Source: Phaeosaccion multiseriatum | Taxonomy: Eukaryota; Protista; Ochrophyta, other classes | Assembly (NCBI GenBank): GCA_965112735.1 | Contig: OZ218963.1 | Location: 682,001-746,000, forward strand | Direction: 5' to 3' | Length of the DNA stretch: 64,000 nt | Part shown: positions 19,484 to 32,458 of the stretch, in pieces | How positions within the stretch are numbered: the first letter of the stretch is position 1 | Layout of the letters: every line of letters begins with the position of its first letter | Notes under the pieces: generated by a model | Seen by the model: only the letters and a program-made list of their open reading frames with translations | Database searches by the model: none | What the model was told of the DNA's origin: nothing | Position numbers and translations under genes: made by a program

Positions 19484-19845
19484 ATGTGTGTGCGCGCACG
19501 CTCATGTCCCCCCTCCTTCCCTCTCTCTCTCTCTCTCTCTCGCTCTGAGTGCGTGTGTACGTGTGTCTCTCTACATGTGTGTGGATGTATAGTACTTAGC
19601 ACTACGTTACGTAACCCCTACGTACCTGTGGTGGGGTCCTCGAACGTCTTAACAGCAACTAGCCTCGGAGGCATCTCCTTCACATCGACCCCCTCCATAT
19701 CAGGCTTCGGCAGCTCCCCTTTGTACGACCAGCGCCCCCCTGGGTACTGAAACGCCAACGGCCACCACATCACTTTCTCCTCCCCTCCTTCCCCTCCCGA
19801 TCCTTCCGCGCTTCCTTCCGTGGGCTGGCTCGCCTCGCTCGATGG

Positions 19846-19900
<55 letters not shown>

Positions 19901-22900
19901 GGTTTCCGCTTCGGCACGGAGATGACGCTAGGGACCAACGGTGACATCTTCATGCCCTCTGTGTTCATCCCATTGGCATAGGAGCCGAGGATGTCGTAGC
20001 CTTGAGGGCGAGTGGAGTAAGGTGTGGACACCACGGACAGAGGCCCGTACTTTCGAACCTCGTAGCCAGAGCAACGACGCACGAGTTCGAAGGGAATGGA
20101 GCCCTGGTGGTGTTCGGTGTCGTAATGAATGTCGAGTGTCACGACGTGTTGAAATGTCGATGGTCACGTGTTCAAATGTCGATAGTTTGAGTGAGTGTCA
20201 TGAACAGTCACACCGCAGCGAGAGAGAGAGGGGCGAGGATTAAAAGACACAAGACACCAACAAAACAACAGGAAAGGGAGAGAGAGAGGCAGATGCACAC
20301 AGAGAGGGAAAGGGGGATATGAGAGAGAGAGAAAGAGCGAGAGAGAGAGAGACAGAGCGAGAGAGAGAAAGAGAGGGAGAGAAAGAGGAAGAGAAGGAGA
20401 GCGAGAGAAAGAAAGAGAGGGAGAGAGAGCGAGAGAGAGAGACGGAGCGAGAGAGAAAGAGAGGGGGAGACAGGGGGAGCGACAGAAAGAGGAAGAGAAG
20501 GAGAGCGAGAGAAAGAGGGAGAGAGAGAGACAGAGAGAGACAGAGCGAGAGAGAAAGAGAGGGAGACACAGAGAGAGCGACAGAAAGAGGAAAAGAAGGA
20601 GAGCGAGAGAAAGAAAGAGAGGGAGAGAGAGAGCGAGAGACAGAGAGAGAGAGACAGAGCGAGAGAGAGAAAGAGAGGGAGAGAAGGAGAGCGAGAGAAA
20701 GAGAGAGGGGGAGAGAGAGAGCGAGAGAGAGAAAGAGAGGGAGAGACACAGAGAGCGACAGAAAGAGGAAGAGAAGGAGAGCGAGAGAAGAGAGAGAGGG
20801 AGAGAGAGAGCGAGAGAGAGAGAGGGAGAGCGAGAGAGAGAGACAGAGAGAGCGACAGAAAGGGGAAGAGAAGGAGAGCGAGAGAAAGAGAGAGGGGGAG
20901 AGAGAGAGCGAGGGAGAGAGAGACAGCGCGAGAGAGAGAAAGAGAGGGAGAGACAGAGAGAGCGACAGAAAGAGGAAGAGAAGGAGAGCGAGAGAAAGAG
21001 AGAGAGGGAGAGAGAGAGCGAGAGAGAGAGGAAGAGAAGGAGAGCGAGAGAAAGAGAGAGAGAGAGCGACAGAAAGGGGAAGAGAAGGAGAGCGAGAGAA
21101 AGAGAGAGGGGGAGAGAGAGAGCGAGGGAGAGAGAGACAGCACGAGAGAGAGAAAGAGAGGGAGAGACAGAGAGAGCGACAGAAAGAGGCAGAGAAGGAG
21201 AGCGAGAGAAAGAGAGAGAGGGAGAGAGAGAGCGAGAGAGAGAGGAAGAGAAGGAGAGCGAGAGAAAGAGAGAGAGGGAGAGAGAGCGCGCGCGAGAGAG
21301 AGAGAGATAAGTGTGACTGGGTGGAGGCGCTCATCCACGAACGAAAAGCATAAACTACGTAAGACTTCGTACGTAACACATCCCAAGTACGTACGTACAT
21401 CCATGGCCCCTGAAGCGCTGTATTTCTCCGGCATAAGTTGCCCTACAAAGTCCTTGAGGCCCGTCAGTTTCCCCACGGGTCCATAGGAGCCTCCCTCCTG
21501 CAAGTTGATGCTGTCCCAGTAGTCTGTCTGTCGCACTACGAAGCCTTCGTCGTCAAGGTCGTACTGAAGGTAGGAAGGAGGGAGGGAGGGAGGGGGAGGG
21601 AGGGAGGGAGGGAGGGAGAGGGAGGGAGAGCGAGAGGGAGGGAGGGAGGGAGGGAGGGAGATAGAGGTAGGTAGGTAGGTAGGTAGGGAGATAGAGGTAG
21701 GCAGGTAGGTAGGGAGGGAGGGAGGGAGAGGGAGGGAGAGGGAGGGAGGGAGGGAGGGGGGAGAGGGGGAGGGAGAGGGCGAAATGATTCACAATTTGGG
21801 CTCACGTAAGCTTACAAAAGCAGCGAGCACCGTGTCGTGTTTAAGACGTGGTGGGGGGATGGAGAGGAACGAATCGCCTCCACCACAGCTTCTGCCCATG
21901 TTGGGCTGAATGGTACCCGGGGGGGGGAGGGGGGGGGGAGACGCAGCACTCAGAGAGGAAATGAGTCTCTCTGTCTGTGCGCACAGAGGTGGCAGCAAGC
22001 AAAGTATCCCTCTTGGCGCAACACAAAGGCAGCAGCAACAGATTCATCCCATACGTTTCCCTCCCAGTCTCCCACACTGCCATTCCACTCGTCACCTCCG
22101 AAATGCCCGAGAATCTCGCTGTGGGCGTCCACGGCAGAGGCTTGAAATTGAGGCTGAGTGTCCATGTGGTCCGGAGTCTGCGCGGCCCAGGCTCGGACAC
22201 GGAGTGGAGCCTGATGGCGGCGTCCTTGAATAAGACGCGTCCCATCGCCGTCCTGCCACTCAGCATATTCACATTGTTCTCGTACTTGTCGGCTCCCCTA
22301 TTGCGCCGGTGGGGAGGGTAGGGGGGGGGGGGCAGGAGAAAGAGTACGTACCCGTGCAGCAGGTGGGTTGAGTTGATTATTCGTGGCAGGGTGAGAGGGG
22401 AGAGGAGGGGCAGACACTCCACGCGAAATGTGTCATGGTACCTGAACTTATTGAGCGGGTCGATGAACTCCACGTCGGGCCTATAGAATTCGCTCTCGAA
22501 GGGTGCGAAGAAGGAGGTGTACTCTCTCACCAAAGCTCTCTTCACCTGATGAGACGAGGAGAGCGAGGGGAGGAGGGTCAGGAGGAGGAGGAGGAGGAAT
22601 ATTTTTATCATGCCAGTGCTCGCGCCAGTGCTCGCACCAACAGCGCTTGACTCTTGCCCACGGACCTTCTCCTTCCGCGCCTCGTACCCATCCTCTCCAG
22701 ACCCTGTGCCTGCAGAGGCCTTGAGTCGAGAGCTTCTGCGCAACCCACCGCATTTGGTACACGTCTGAGCTGTTCTGACTGGCACTCTGCTTCGGGTGCT
22801 ACTCGTTCTGAGGCTTGTCCTCGATATAGATACAAGCCCGTGAGCCACCCCCGCGTTCAGCAGAACAGCTGCAGCCACGGCAGCGGCGACTACACGACGC

Positions 22901-22902
22901 AT
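18850..22902 (-). CDS. DUF2358 (NTF2-like) plus SOUL haem-binding domain protein, probably plastid-targeted. Exons 22902-22666, 22545-22442, 22297-22096, 21563-21399, 20103-19626, 19037-18850
   Basis: In-phase GT-AG junctions. FYRPDVEFIDPLNKFRGADKY, LRTTWTL..LPWTPTARFSGISE|YDLD..RQTDYWDSI fit DUF2358. PFELVRRCSGYEVRKY, LPKP..VDVKEMPPRLVAV..F and AQYN..RRNEVWI fit SOUL. N-terminus is a hydrophobic signal peptide (AHG/L) followed by an S/R/T-rich transit-like segment. Confidence 0.88.
20270..21310. repeat. Complex GA/CT-rich intronic satellite
   Basis: About 1 kb of nearly pure purine on the plus strand with recurring GAGCGACAGAAAG submotifs. Confidence 0.9.
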
Positions 22903-23086
22903 TGGTGGATGCAACACACACCGATTGATTGGATTGATACAATTGATTGCTACGGAAAGGGCCGTCAGCTGCCATCGGAGGAGCCAAAACGTTCATCCGA
23001 GTCGACGCGAGCGAACAACTTTTTTTCTTGCTTCGCTGCCTCTACAGCAGCTCTTGCATCAGTTTGCTGAGCCTCTCCCGCCCATC
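22903..23086. promoter_or_regulatory. Compact putative bidirectional promoter between the SOUL and NCKX genes
   Basis: Only 184 bp between divergent ATGs. Contains repeated ATTG(A/G) motifs including ATTGG (reverse CCAAT). Confidence 0.5.
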
Positions 23087-26000
23087 ATGGGCAGACGGAG
23101 TAGCGCTCGGGCTCGATGTGGTGCGATCCTATGCCTGCTGGTAGTGGCGGTGACGTACAGCAAGGTTCGAGGGCCGCACTCTCACGAGCATCAGGGGCGG
23201 GAGCTGCAGCAGCAGCAGCAGGAGCAGGAGGGGGGAGGGGTTGAAGACGGAAATTGTCCAGGCGGCGGTCTCGTGGACCCCCTCAACTTGCAAAGCACAT
23301 GGTCGGCGGCCCTGTACTTGCTCGGGATTTTATATACCTTCCAGGCAAGTGAAGAGAGATGCCCCACCCCCTTCTTGGTTAATTCAGTACTCCCCTCCAG
23401 CCCCCCGTCTCCCTCCCCTACTAGATTATCCTCACCCTCACCCTCGCCTTCACCCCTCACCCCTCACCTCTCACCTCTCACCCCTCACCCCTCACCCCTC
23501 ACCCTCACCCTCCCCCCTCCCCCTCTCCCTACGCTGCACAGGGCATAGCAATGATCTGCGAAAATTACTTCGTGGCTGCCCTGGACGAGCTAATAGAGGA
23601 CTGGCGGATAAGCCCAGATGTGGCTGGGGCAACAGTAATGGCAGCAGCTTCCTCTGCCCCCGAGCTCTTCGCAGCGCTGGTCGGGCTCTTCTTCTCTGAC
23701 AGCAGCGACACCGGCGTGGCCACCGTCGTAGGGTCAGCGGTCTTCAACGTGCTCATCATCATTGGAGGGTCGCTGCTCGTCGTACCAGCCGGATGCATCG
23801 TCATGGACCGAACCTCCTTGGCGAGGGATAGTTTCTTCTACATTTTCGCGTTGGTGATTCTGTACCTGAGCTTCCAGGACGGGCAAGTGTCCTGGCAGGA
23901 GAGCCTCCTCATGGTGACCGTCTACGCTGCATATGTGCTGGTGAATGCACAAATGGCACTGGTGTCTGAGTGTGTCTCCAATGTGGCGATGGCCTTGTCA
24001 ACCCTTGGCAAAGGTAACAACAAGTACGACTACTATGACTTTGAAAGGGAACAAGACCAAGGGTTCTCTGCTGTGATTGAGGGAGCCTTATCGTCTGACC
24101 TCGCCCATGGGTCAACAGACAGCTTGATCCTACCGCAGTCTGGCTCGGGCGAGGGGGGCAACAACAACAACAGCAACAGCAACAGCAACAACAGCAGCAG
24201 CAACAGCAGCAGCAACAGCAGCAGCAATGGAGGTGGTGGAAAGAGGCAGGAGAGAGTAAGCTACACCCCTTCTTCCGGTGCTCCTCCCGGTCGTCCTCCT
24301 TCTCCGCGGCGCTCCACCATGCCTTCGTTGCTGCCTCCGTCTCAGAGCTACGGGGCCATACCCGCACTTGACCGCCCGGCTCTTCAGAGGGTGTCCAGCG
24401 TTATGAGTGTCGCCTCCACGGGGAACAAGCGTTACGGCCTAGGTGGAGGAGACGGAGGAGGAGGAGGAGGAGGGGGGGCGAGTGGCGCGGACTTTTTGGG
24501 GGCGCAGGTCCCTCGCCTCTCTGCTCTTGGCTTCAGCAATAGGTATCAGTTGATGCAGTACACACGACATTCCATGGTGCGAAGCTTCTACGGTCTGCAG
24601 CAAGGGGTACAGGAAGTGGTTTCGGACGTTTCGGCGCCGTTAACGGACACAATGGCCGCGCTCCACCCTGACGCACGCGCCCACATCATCGAGCTGTTCG
24701 AGGGCGTGGTGCGGGCGAGGGGGGGCGATGTTGATAAGGTCAACGAGGAGGAGGAGGAGGAAGAGGAGGAGGCGGGGAGGGAGGCGGAGGGGGAGGATGA
24801 GGAGGAGAGAGCAGCGGCGGGGGAGGCGGATTTGATGGGCCTTATTGAGGCACTCGGAAGGGAGGAAGGTCATGCGTTGCTAGGGAAGGACGCGCACATG
24901 GAGGATTTAACGTATGCGTTGGCGTTGCTGCACAAGTCATACATCCGTCGGAGTGAGTTTTTGTTGGCTTATGTGACGTGGTTTCAGTGTGGCAAGGTGT
25001 GGGGCATGGAGTTGGAGTTAAAGGAGGAAGATACGCGGGCCTTGACCCAAGCACTGGAGCGGGTGCCAAGGGAGGGGAGGAAGGTGCGAGGCAGGCCGAC
25101 TATTCGGTTCTCGGCCATGCGCAAAGCGGTTGATTCGCTTTTACATCCCCACAGAGAGGAGAGGGCCTCCGTGCTCGAACTGTTTGAGGCCAATTGCCAG
25201 CGGAGTGGTGGGTGCATTACTGAGGGAGAGTTCAGGATGGTGTGTACGCAGCACATGGGGTACAAGCGGCGCAAGAGGACCAAGGACCCTACCTTACGAA
25301 GGAGGTTATCCATCGAGGCGCTGACACACCTCGGGGCCGCAGGGACTGACACCTCACTCCCCACTTCCATCTCCTCCTCCACCTCCAAACCCGGCGCGGG
25401 TAGTAGAAGTAGCAGCAGCAGCAGCAGGGTTGATCCTTCCTCCCACCGCCGGAGCGGCAGCCTAGGGGCGAGGTTGGGACTACAGCTGACGACGACGGCG
25501 TCCATGAAAAGTGTACGCTCGTACTCCGTGCTGCACAACTTCGACCCCGAGGACGCGGTCAATGTGCCACATCAGCTCCTCAAGGTGAGTCTCGTTGCTG
25601 CCCAAGCCTTCGTTCGCCTACTTGACCATCAGTCCATTATTCCTTCAGTCTGTAGTTTGAAAGATTCTTCGTCTTTTATTGGAAGCGTGAGTCCACCCGA
25701 ACGCCCTGTCTCTTAGCCTATCCAACCATCACTCTAACCCTTCAGTCTTTATTGGAAGCTTAAGTCTACCCGAGCGCCCTGTCTCTTAGCCTATCCAACC
25801 ATCACTCTAACCCTGCAGTCTTTAGTCGAAGCATAAGTCTACCCAAGCATCAGTCTCGTCAGTCTAACCCTTCAGTCTTTATTGGAAGCTTAAGTCTACC
25901 AAGCAAGCATCAGTCTCGTCAGTCTAACCCTTCAGTCTTTATTGGAAGCGTGAGTCCACCCGAACGCCCTGTCTCTTAGCCTATCCAACCGTCAGTCTAA

Positions 26001-27071
26001 CCCTTCAGTCTTTATTGGGAGCTTAGCCTACCCGAGCGCCCTGTCTCTTAGCCAAAGCCTATCCAACCATCACTCTAACCCTGCAGTCTTTAGTCGAAGC
26101 TTAAGTCTACCCAAACATCAGTCTCGTCAGTCTAACCCTTCAGTCTTTATTGGAAGCTTAAGTCTACCCGAACGTCCTGTCTCTTAGCCAAAGCCTATCC
26201 AACCACCAGTCTAACCCTTTAGCCTTTAAAAAAAAAAAAATCTGTCTCGTCAGTCTAACCCTTTCGTCTTTATTCAAAACTTCAAGTCCACCCAAACATC
26301 GATGTTGGTCGAAACTTAAAAGTCTACCCCCAAACGCTCTGTCTCTTCGCCTAACGCGTACGTAACTCTTACGTATCTCATCCACCCCATGGCCCATAAA
26401 CGAAACCCTTCCCACCCCTAAGTCAATAACCCCCCCCCCCCCGGGTTCCCCCCCGGGTTCCCCCCCTTCCCCCTACCCCCACCCCTACCCAACAGATGCC
26501 GAAGAAGCCTGGCGAAGCAGCAATGTTCATGGTGGGCTTACCCTTCTCTGTGGCCTTTCGCTTCACAGTGCTCGACTGCCGCCTCAAGAACCTTCGCAAA
26601 CACTACTTGCTGACTCTCCTGTGTGCGATTGCGTGGCTGGCCGTGCTGGTGTTTCTCATGATCTGCTGGGCAGAAAAGCTCGGCTGTTTGCTCGGCATTG
26701 ATGCTTCTTTGGTGGGTCTGACCTTCTGTGCGGGCGGCACCTCTCTGCCGGACTGCCTGGCGAGTCTCATTGTCGCCAAGAACGGAGAAGGAATGATGGC
26801 CGTGTCCAATGCCCTGGGCAGCAACATCTTTGACATTTTGCTCGGCCTCGGCTTGCCCTTCCTCCTCAAGACGTTGGTGGTGTCGCCCGGCGTGCCGGAG
26901 GTGGTGAGCACGGACGGTATCTTGGAGTCGTGCATCATCCTTGTGTCGCTGCAACTTGTCTTCTCGGTCATTGTGGTGTATCGGCGCTATGTGGTGGGGC
27001 GAGCGTGGGGCTTTGTGTTTATAGGCATGTACATTGCCTTCTTGGTGTTTGAGGTTGTCACCATCCGCTAG
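23087..27071 (+). CDS. K+-dependent Na+/Ca2+ exchanger (NCKX/SLC24-like, CaCA superfamily). Exons 23087-23344, 23542-25584, 26496-27071
   Basis: alpha-1 repeat VAGATVMAAASSAPELF..GSAVFN and alpha-2 repeat GLTFCAGGTSLPD..AVSNALGSNIFDIL, with the NCKX-type Asp in TSLPD. First intron is GC-AG. Confidence 0.92.
25660..26300 (+). repeat. Mosaic minisatellite in NCKX intron 2 (TCTAACCCTTCAGTCTTTATTGGAAGC core, two alternating unit types)
   Basis: The core recurs about 9-10 times with variable linkers. Confidence 0.85.
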
Positions 27072-27277
27072 CTGCTACTACTGCCGACCGGCCGACCCAC
27101 CGATCTCCTTCGAAGAACAATACTTCAACACTCCTTCAACAAGGAGCGAGGACGTGCCAAAAGCAACGTCTTGGAGAAACTCAGTACAGTAATGCGTAGA
27201 AAGTACAAAGAGAGAGAAGGGAACGGAATTTCAGACGCTACTACAACTGTTCGAAAGGGGATGGCCCGTTATGGTGT

Positions 27278-27752
27278 CGGCCCCGTGCGCGCCTAGCGGC
27301 CTAGGCCTATTTGGGAAAATTGCCCGGCCTAGCGAGGGCCGTAGGCCCTCGGCCTATTTTTATGTCGCCGCCTAGGCGGCCTAAGCGGGGCGGAGGCCCG
27401 CGCGGCCTAGGGCAGACGCCAGCCAACTAGTAGGCGGACGGTGGGAGTGCCCAGAGTGCAAAGAGTAGTCAGTTTCATTGCATGGGATTGGAGGTGAGGA
27501 GTAGACTTCGTTCGTGTTGTCTCTTCCGCCTCCCTGGCCCTACGAGGAGTGCAGACCTACAGGTGTGCTGCTACCCACTGGCTGGGCGGCAGCACGCACG
27601 CGCCCACGGTCACCGGGAGGCTGCCTAGAGGCGGGCTATATAGGCCGCCTAGGACTGAAAAGTGAGCGGCCTAGAGCGGACGAAGGCCTAGATCGGCCGA
27701 AGGCCGAGCGGCCTAGCGGCCTAGAGCAAAACCGCTAGGCGTGATGGGGCCG
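27278..27752. mobile_element. MITE-like non-autonomous element with imperfect ~21-bp TIRs and subterminal GCCTAG motif clusters
   Basis: Left end CGGCCCCgtgcgCGCCTAGCGG; reverse complement of right end CGGCCCCatcaCGCCTAGCGG. Many GCCTAG/CTAGGC motifs near both ends. No target-site duplication found. Confidence 0.55.
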
Positions 27753-27977
27753 GGGGGCTCATGAATATATATACACCCGGGGGGGCTCAGAGGTGAACTC
27801 ACAGATGGCGGCGTGGTACAACTGCGTTATCGTCTTGCCGTTCCCATTATTTTCAAAATTGCAAATTGCACGTGTAGCAGAGAAGTCTTGCGCACTTTTC
27901 GTTCTCTTCTTGAGGGAGTAATACCGTATAATTCCGTACCGCACCGGTCTCCCTCTTACTAAGCTTGTGCATTCGTC

Positions 27978-28498
27978 ATGGGGAAGCCGAAGGTCATGCG
28001 CTTTCTAGGTGTCCGTGTCGAGGTGATTAGTGAGGAAGGAAAGAGCGAGGCGGGAAACGACGACGAGGACGTGCTGCTCCAGGCGAGCCATTTCCTGAGC
28101 TACATTCAGCAGGTCGTCTCACATCGCGTGATGACGAATGCCTTGGCGGTGGTGGGCGCGCGGAGCCTTGCCGAGGAAGAAGGACAAGACATGATGCAGG
28201 CGGATGACGACTGGGAGGGACCACTGGGGCAAGAGGAGCCCAACCTCAGTCGGGATGGGGAGGACAGTATGGGGCTTTGTGAGGTTCCACAGCCAGGGGA
28301 GGGAGGAATAGCTGGAGAAGAGCAGCGGGAGGAGGAGGACAGTGGGAGTGAGGCCGAGGAGGAGGAAGACGAGGAGGAGGAGGCAGAGGATGAGGAGGAG
28401 GAGGAGGAGGAGGAGAACGAGGAGAAGAAGGAGGAAGAAGCGAAGGCCAGTGGCGAGGAGAAAAGAGCCGCTCCTGTGGTAGAAGAGCAGACAGAGGT

Positions 28499-28532
<34 letters not shown>

Positions 28533-31500
28533 CCAGCAGCAGCAGCACCAGCAGGAGGAGGAGGAGGAGGAGGAGGAGGAGACCAAGCCGCTACTCCGTC
28601 CAGCAGGAGTGACACTACGTGTCCTACCGCCCCCATCGGTGCGGCCAGCCTCGTCGCCCTTCCTCAGGACGCCCCTCAAGAGGCGAAAGAAGCTAAGCAG
28701 GCTGAAGCCAGGAGCCCGGGCAGCCGCAGAACTAGTGGTACTCGGAGAAGAGGAAGCGCAGCCCTCGATCAAGGCGGGAGGCAGCAGCAGCAGCAGCAGA
28801 GGCTCAGCAGCAAGAGGTCGCGCAGAGACCACGGCACTCCCACTCCCACGTGTACCTCTCGAGCCCTTGCAGCCACCACCACCCCCTCCGCCGCCATCGT
28901 ACCTACCGCCTCCTCCACCGCCGTCTCCCCCGGTGGGTCACCCTCCTCCTCCTCCTCCTCCTCCTCCTCCTCCTCCTCTCCCGGCCCATCTTGCCTGAAG
29001 CAGCCGAACCGCGCAGCCAAGGCTGTTCTTATCGATCCTGACACCACGGGGTTTAGCGCGGAAGCCCCACCGGGGATGTGGGGGCATACTTGCACCATGG
29101 TGGGGCCTACTCAGATGGCAGTCTGTGGAGGGCAGGCAGACGACGATGAAGGAGAGAGGGGAGACTTGGCGACGACCGTTGGCGATGTCTACCTGTTTGA
29201 CTTTGCTACCAACAAGTGGAGCAAGCCGCTGAATTGCGAGTCCCTGCCTCGGGTTTGGCACACGAGCTGCTTCTTCGAGCACAAGAAGCTTCTGGTCGTA
29301 TTTGGTGGGGAGTGCTCCATCTCTTCCTCCTCCTCTCCCTCCGGTTCGGGGGGGGTGGAGGAGCGAGAGGGGAAGGGCAACACAGATCTTAGTAAGCTGC
29401 GAGTGCTGGACACATCCATCAACCTCTGGTGAGTGAGACAGTGAGTGAGACAGTGAGTGAGACAGTGAGTCAGACAGTGAGTGAGATGTAGAGAGGGAGA
29501 GGCAGAGAATGGGAGTGAGTGTCTGCATGTTTTTGTATGTTTCCGTTTCCGTGAATTAATAGATGCCCGTCCCGCTCTCCTCACCCCTTCCCCTTTGGGC
29601 GACGAACGTGCTGTGGCCTTCTCCCGTCCTTCCCTCCTCCCTTCCTTCCTTCCTTCCTTCCTTCCTTCCTTCCTTCCCTCCTCCCTTCCTTCCTTCCTTC
29701 CTTCCTTCCTTCCTTCCTTCCTTCCTTCCTTCCTTCCTTCCTTCCTTCCTTCCTTCCTTCCTCCCTTCCTCCCTTCCTCCCTTCCTTCCTTCCTTCCTTC
29801 CTTCCTTCCTTCCTTCCTTCCTTCCTTCCTTCCTTCCTTCCTTCCTTCCTTCCTTCCTTCCTTCCTTCCTTCCTTCCTCCCTTCCTCCCTCCCTCCCTCC
29901 CTCCCTCCCTCCCTCCCTCCCTCCCTCCCTCCCTCCCTCCCTCCCTCCCTCCCTCCCTCCCTCCCTCCCTCCCCGCCCCACCCCACCCCACAGGTACCCC
30001 CCCGCCACCAGCGGGCAGCAGCCCACGAACCGTTCCGGACACACTTCCGCCGTCCTCGGCACGCAGCTCGTCATCTTTGGCGGAGTGAGTAAGGGCAAGT
30101 GGGTAAGTCCTTTGCTCCATGTGCTCAATTCCGACCGCTGGCATTGGTCCAAGATGGCAGTGGATGGCAGCCCCCCGCTCAGCCGCTCCTTCCATTCAGC
30201 CACCGTGGTGGGTGGAGGCGGGGGGATGGTGGTGTTCGGCGGCAACAACGATGAGGAGTGCTTCAATGACGTGGTGGTCCTCAGAACGGTCGAGGTGAGG
30301 TGGGGGGGGTACTGTACCAAGTCAATGGGAGGGTGGTGGATGGGCGGGTATGTGTGGATAGTCCAAGTCAATGGGAGGGTGGGTGTGGATAGTCCAAGTC
30401 AATAGGAGGGTATGTGTGGATAGTCCAAGTCAATAGGAGGGTGGGTGTGGATAGTCGAAGTCAATGGGAGGGTGGGTGTGGATAGTCCAAGTCAATAGGA
30501 GGGTGGGTGTGGATAGTCCAAGTCAATAGGAGGGTGGGTGTGGATAGTCCAAGTCAATAGGAGGGTGGGTGTGGATAGTCCAAGTCAATGGGAGGGTGGG
30601 TGTGGATAGTCGAAGTCAATAGGAGGGTATGTGTGGATAGTCCAAGTCAATAGGAGGTTGGGTGTGGATAGTCCAAGTCAATAGGAGGGTGGGTGTGGAT
30701 AGTCCAAGTCAATAGGAGGGTGGGTGTGGATAGTCCAAGTCAATAGGAGGGTGGGTGTGGATAGTCCAAGTCAATGGGAGGGTGGGTGTGGATAGTCCAA
30801 GTCAATAGGAGGGTGGGTGTGGATAGTCCAAGTCAATAGGAGGGTATGTGTGGATAGTCCAAGTCAATAGGAGGGTGGGTGTGGATAGTCGAAGTCAATA
30901 GGAGGATGGGTGTGGATAGTCGAAGTCAATAGGAGGGTGGGTGTGGGTAGTCCAAGTCAATAGGAGGGTGGGTGTGGATAGTCCAAGTCAATGGGAGGGT
31001 GGGTGTGGATAGTCCAAGTCAATGGGAGGGTATGTGTGGATAGTCCAAGTCAATAGGAGGGTGGGTGTGGATAGTCCAAGTCAATAGGAGGATGGGTGTG
31101 GATAGTCCAAGTCAATGGGAGGGTGGGTGTGGATAGTCGAAGTCAATAGGAGGGTGGGTGTGGATAGTCCAAGTCAATAGGAGGGTGGGTGTGGATAGTC
31201 CAAGTCAATGGGAGGGTGGGTGTGGATAGTCGAAGTCAATAGTCCAAGTCAATAGGAGGGTATGTGTGGATAGTCCAAGTCAATAGGAGGGTATGTGTGG
31301 ATAGTCCAAGTCAATGGGAGGGTATGTGTGGATAGTCCAAGTCAATGGGAGGGTGGGTGTGGATAGTCCAAGTCAATAGGAGGGTGGGTGTGGATAGTCC
31401 AAGTCAATAGGAGGGTGGGTGTGGATAGTCCAAGTCAATAGGAGGGTGGGTGTGGATAGTCCAAGTCAAAAGGAGGGTGGGTGGTGTTGTGCTGGATGCG

Positions 31501-31942
31501 CGCCGCGTGGCGTGACGTCCCTTCTCCTGCGTTTTGTTCCTGATAATCATCGAACAGAAAAGGATACTTAACTCGACTTCCCATGAGAAAGAAGTGAGAA
31601 TGGATGGCAGTCTGGGTGGGGTGATCATCCCTTGCTACCCTCCCTCACCACCCCCTCCACCCCTTATGAATATAGCCCCACCCCCCCGGACTCTGCCTAC
31701 CCTACCCCTCCCTTTGCTGATTCCTCGCCGCCCCTCCCTTCCCCTTCCCCTTCCCCTCCTCAGGCCCGTTGGGCGTGGGAGCGGCCGCTGGTGAACGGCA
31801 CGGCTCCAGCGGCGCGCACAGGACATGCCGCCGTGTTACTCGGCGATGGCAAGACCATCTTTGTCTACGGAGGGTGGGACCCCAACAGCACAGACACAGA
31901 TACCGCAGCAGCTTCAGTGTGAGTGAGTCGGAACGTACCGCA

Positions 31943-31979
<37 letters not shown>

Positions 31980-32078
31980 GTCTATTTATCTGTCTATCTG
32001 TCTATCTGTCTACCTATCTATGTATCTATCTTTCTATCTATCTACCTATCTATCTATCTGTCTATCTATCTATCTACA

Positions 32079-32134
<56 letters not shown>

Positions 32135-32189
32135 GATCCATCTTCTTTTTCTATCTATCTACCTATCTATCTATCTGTCTATCTATCTT

Positions 32190-32224
<35 letters not shown>

Positions 32225-32237
32225 GTCTATCTATCTG

Positions 32238-32318
<81 letters not shown>

Positions 32319-32353
32319 TTATCTGTCTGTCTCTATCTACCTCTCTCTCTCTG

Positions 32354-32390
<37 letters not shown>

Positions 32391-32391
32391 G

Positions 32392-32458
<67 letters not shown>

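Noticed and set aside
25730-26270. Interstitial telomere
   Set aside because: TAACCC hexamers are isolated within longer units and never tandem.
30350-31482. CRISPR-like appearance of the 31-bp and 34-bp arrays
   Set aside because: Head-to-tail units with no unique spacers, no cas genes and a eukaryotic intronic or intergenic context.
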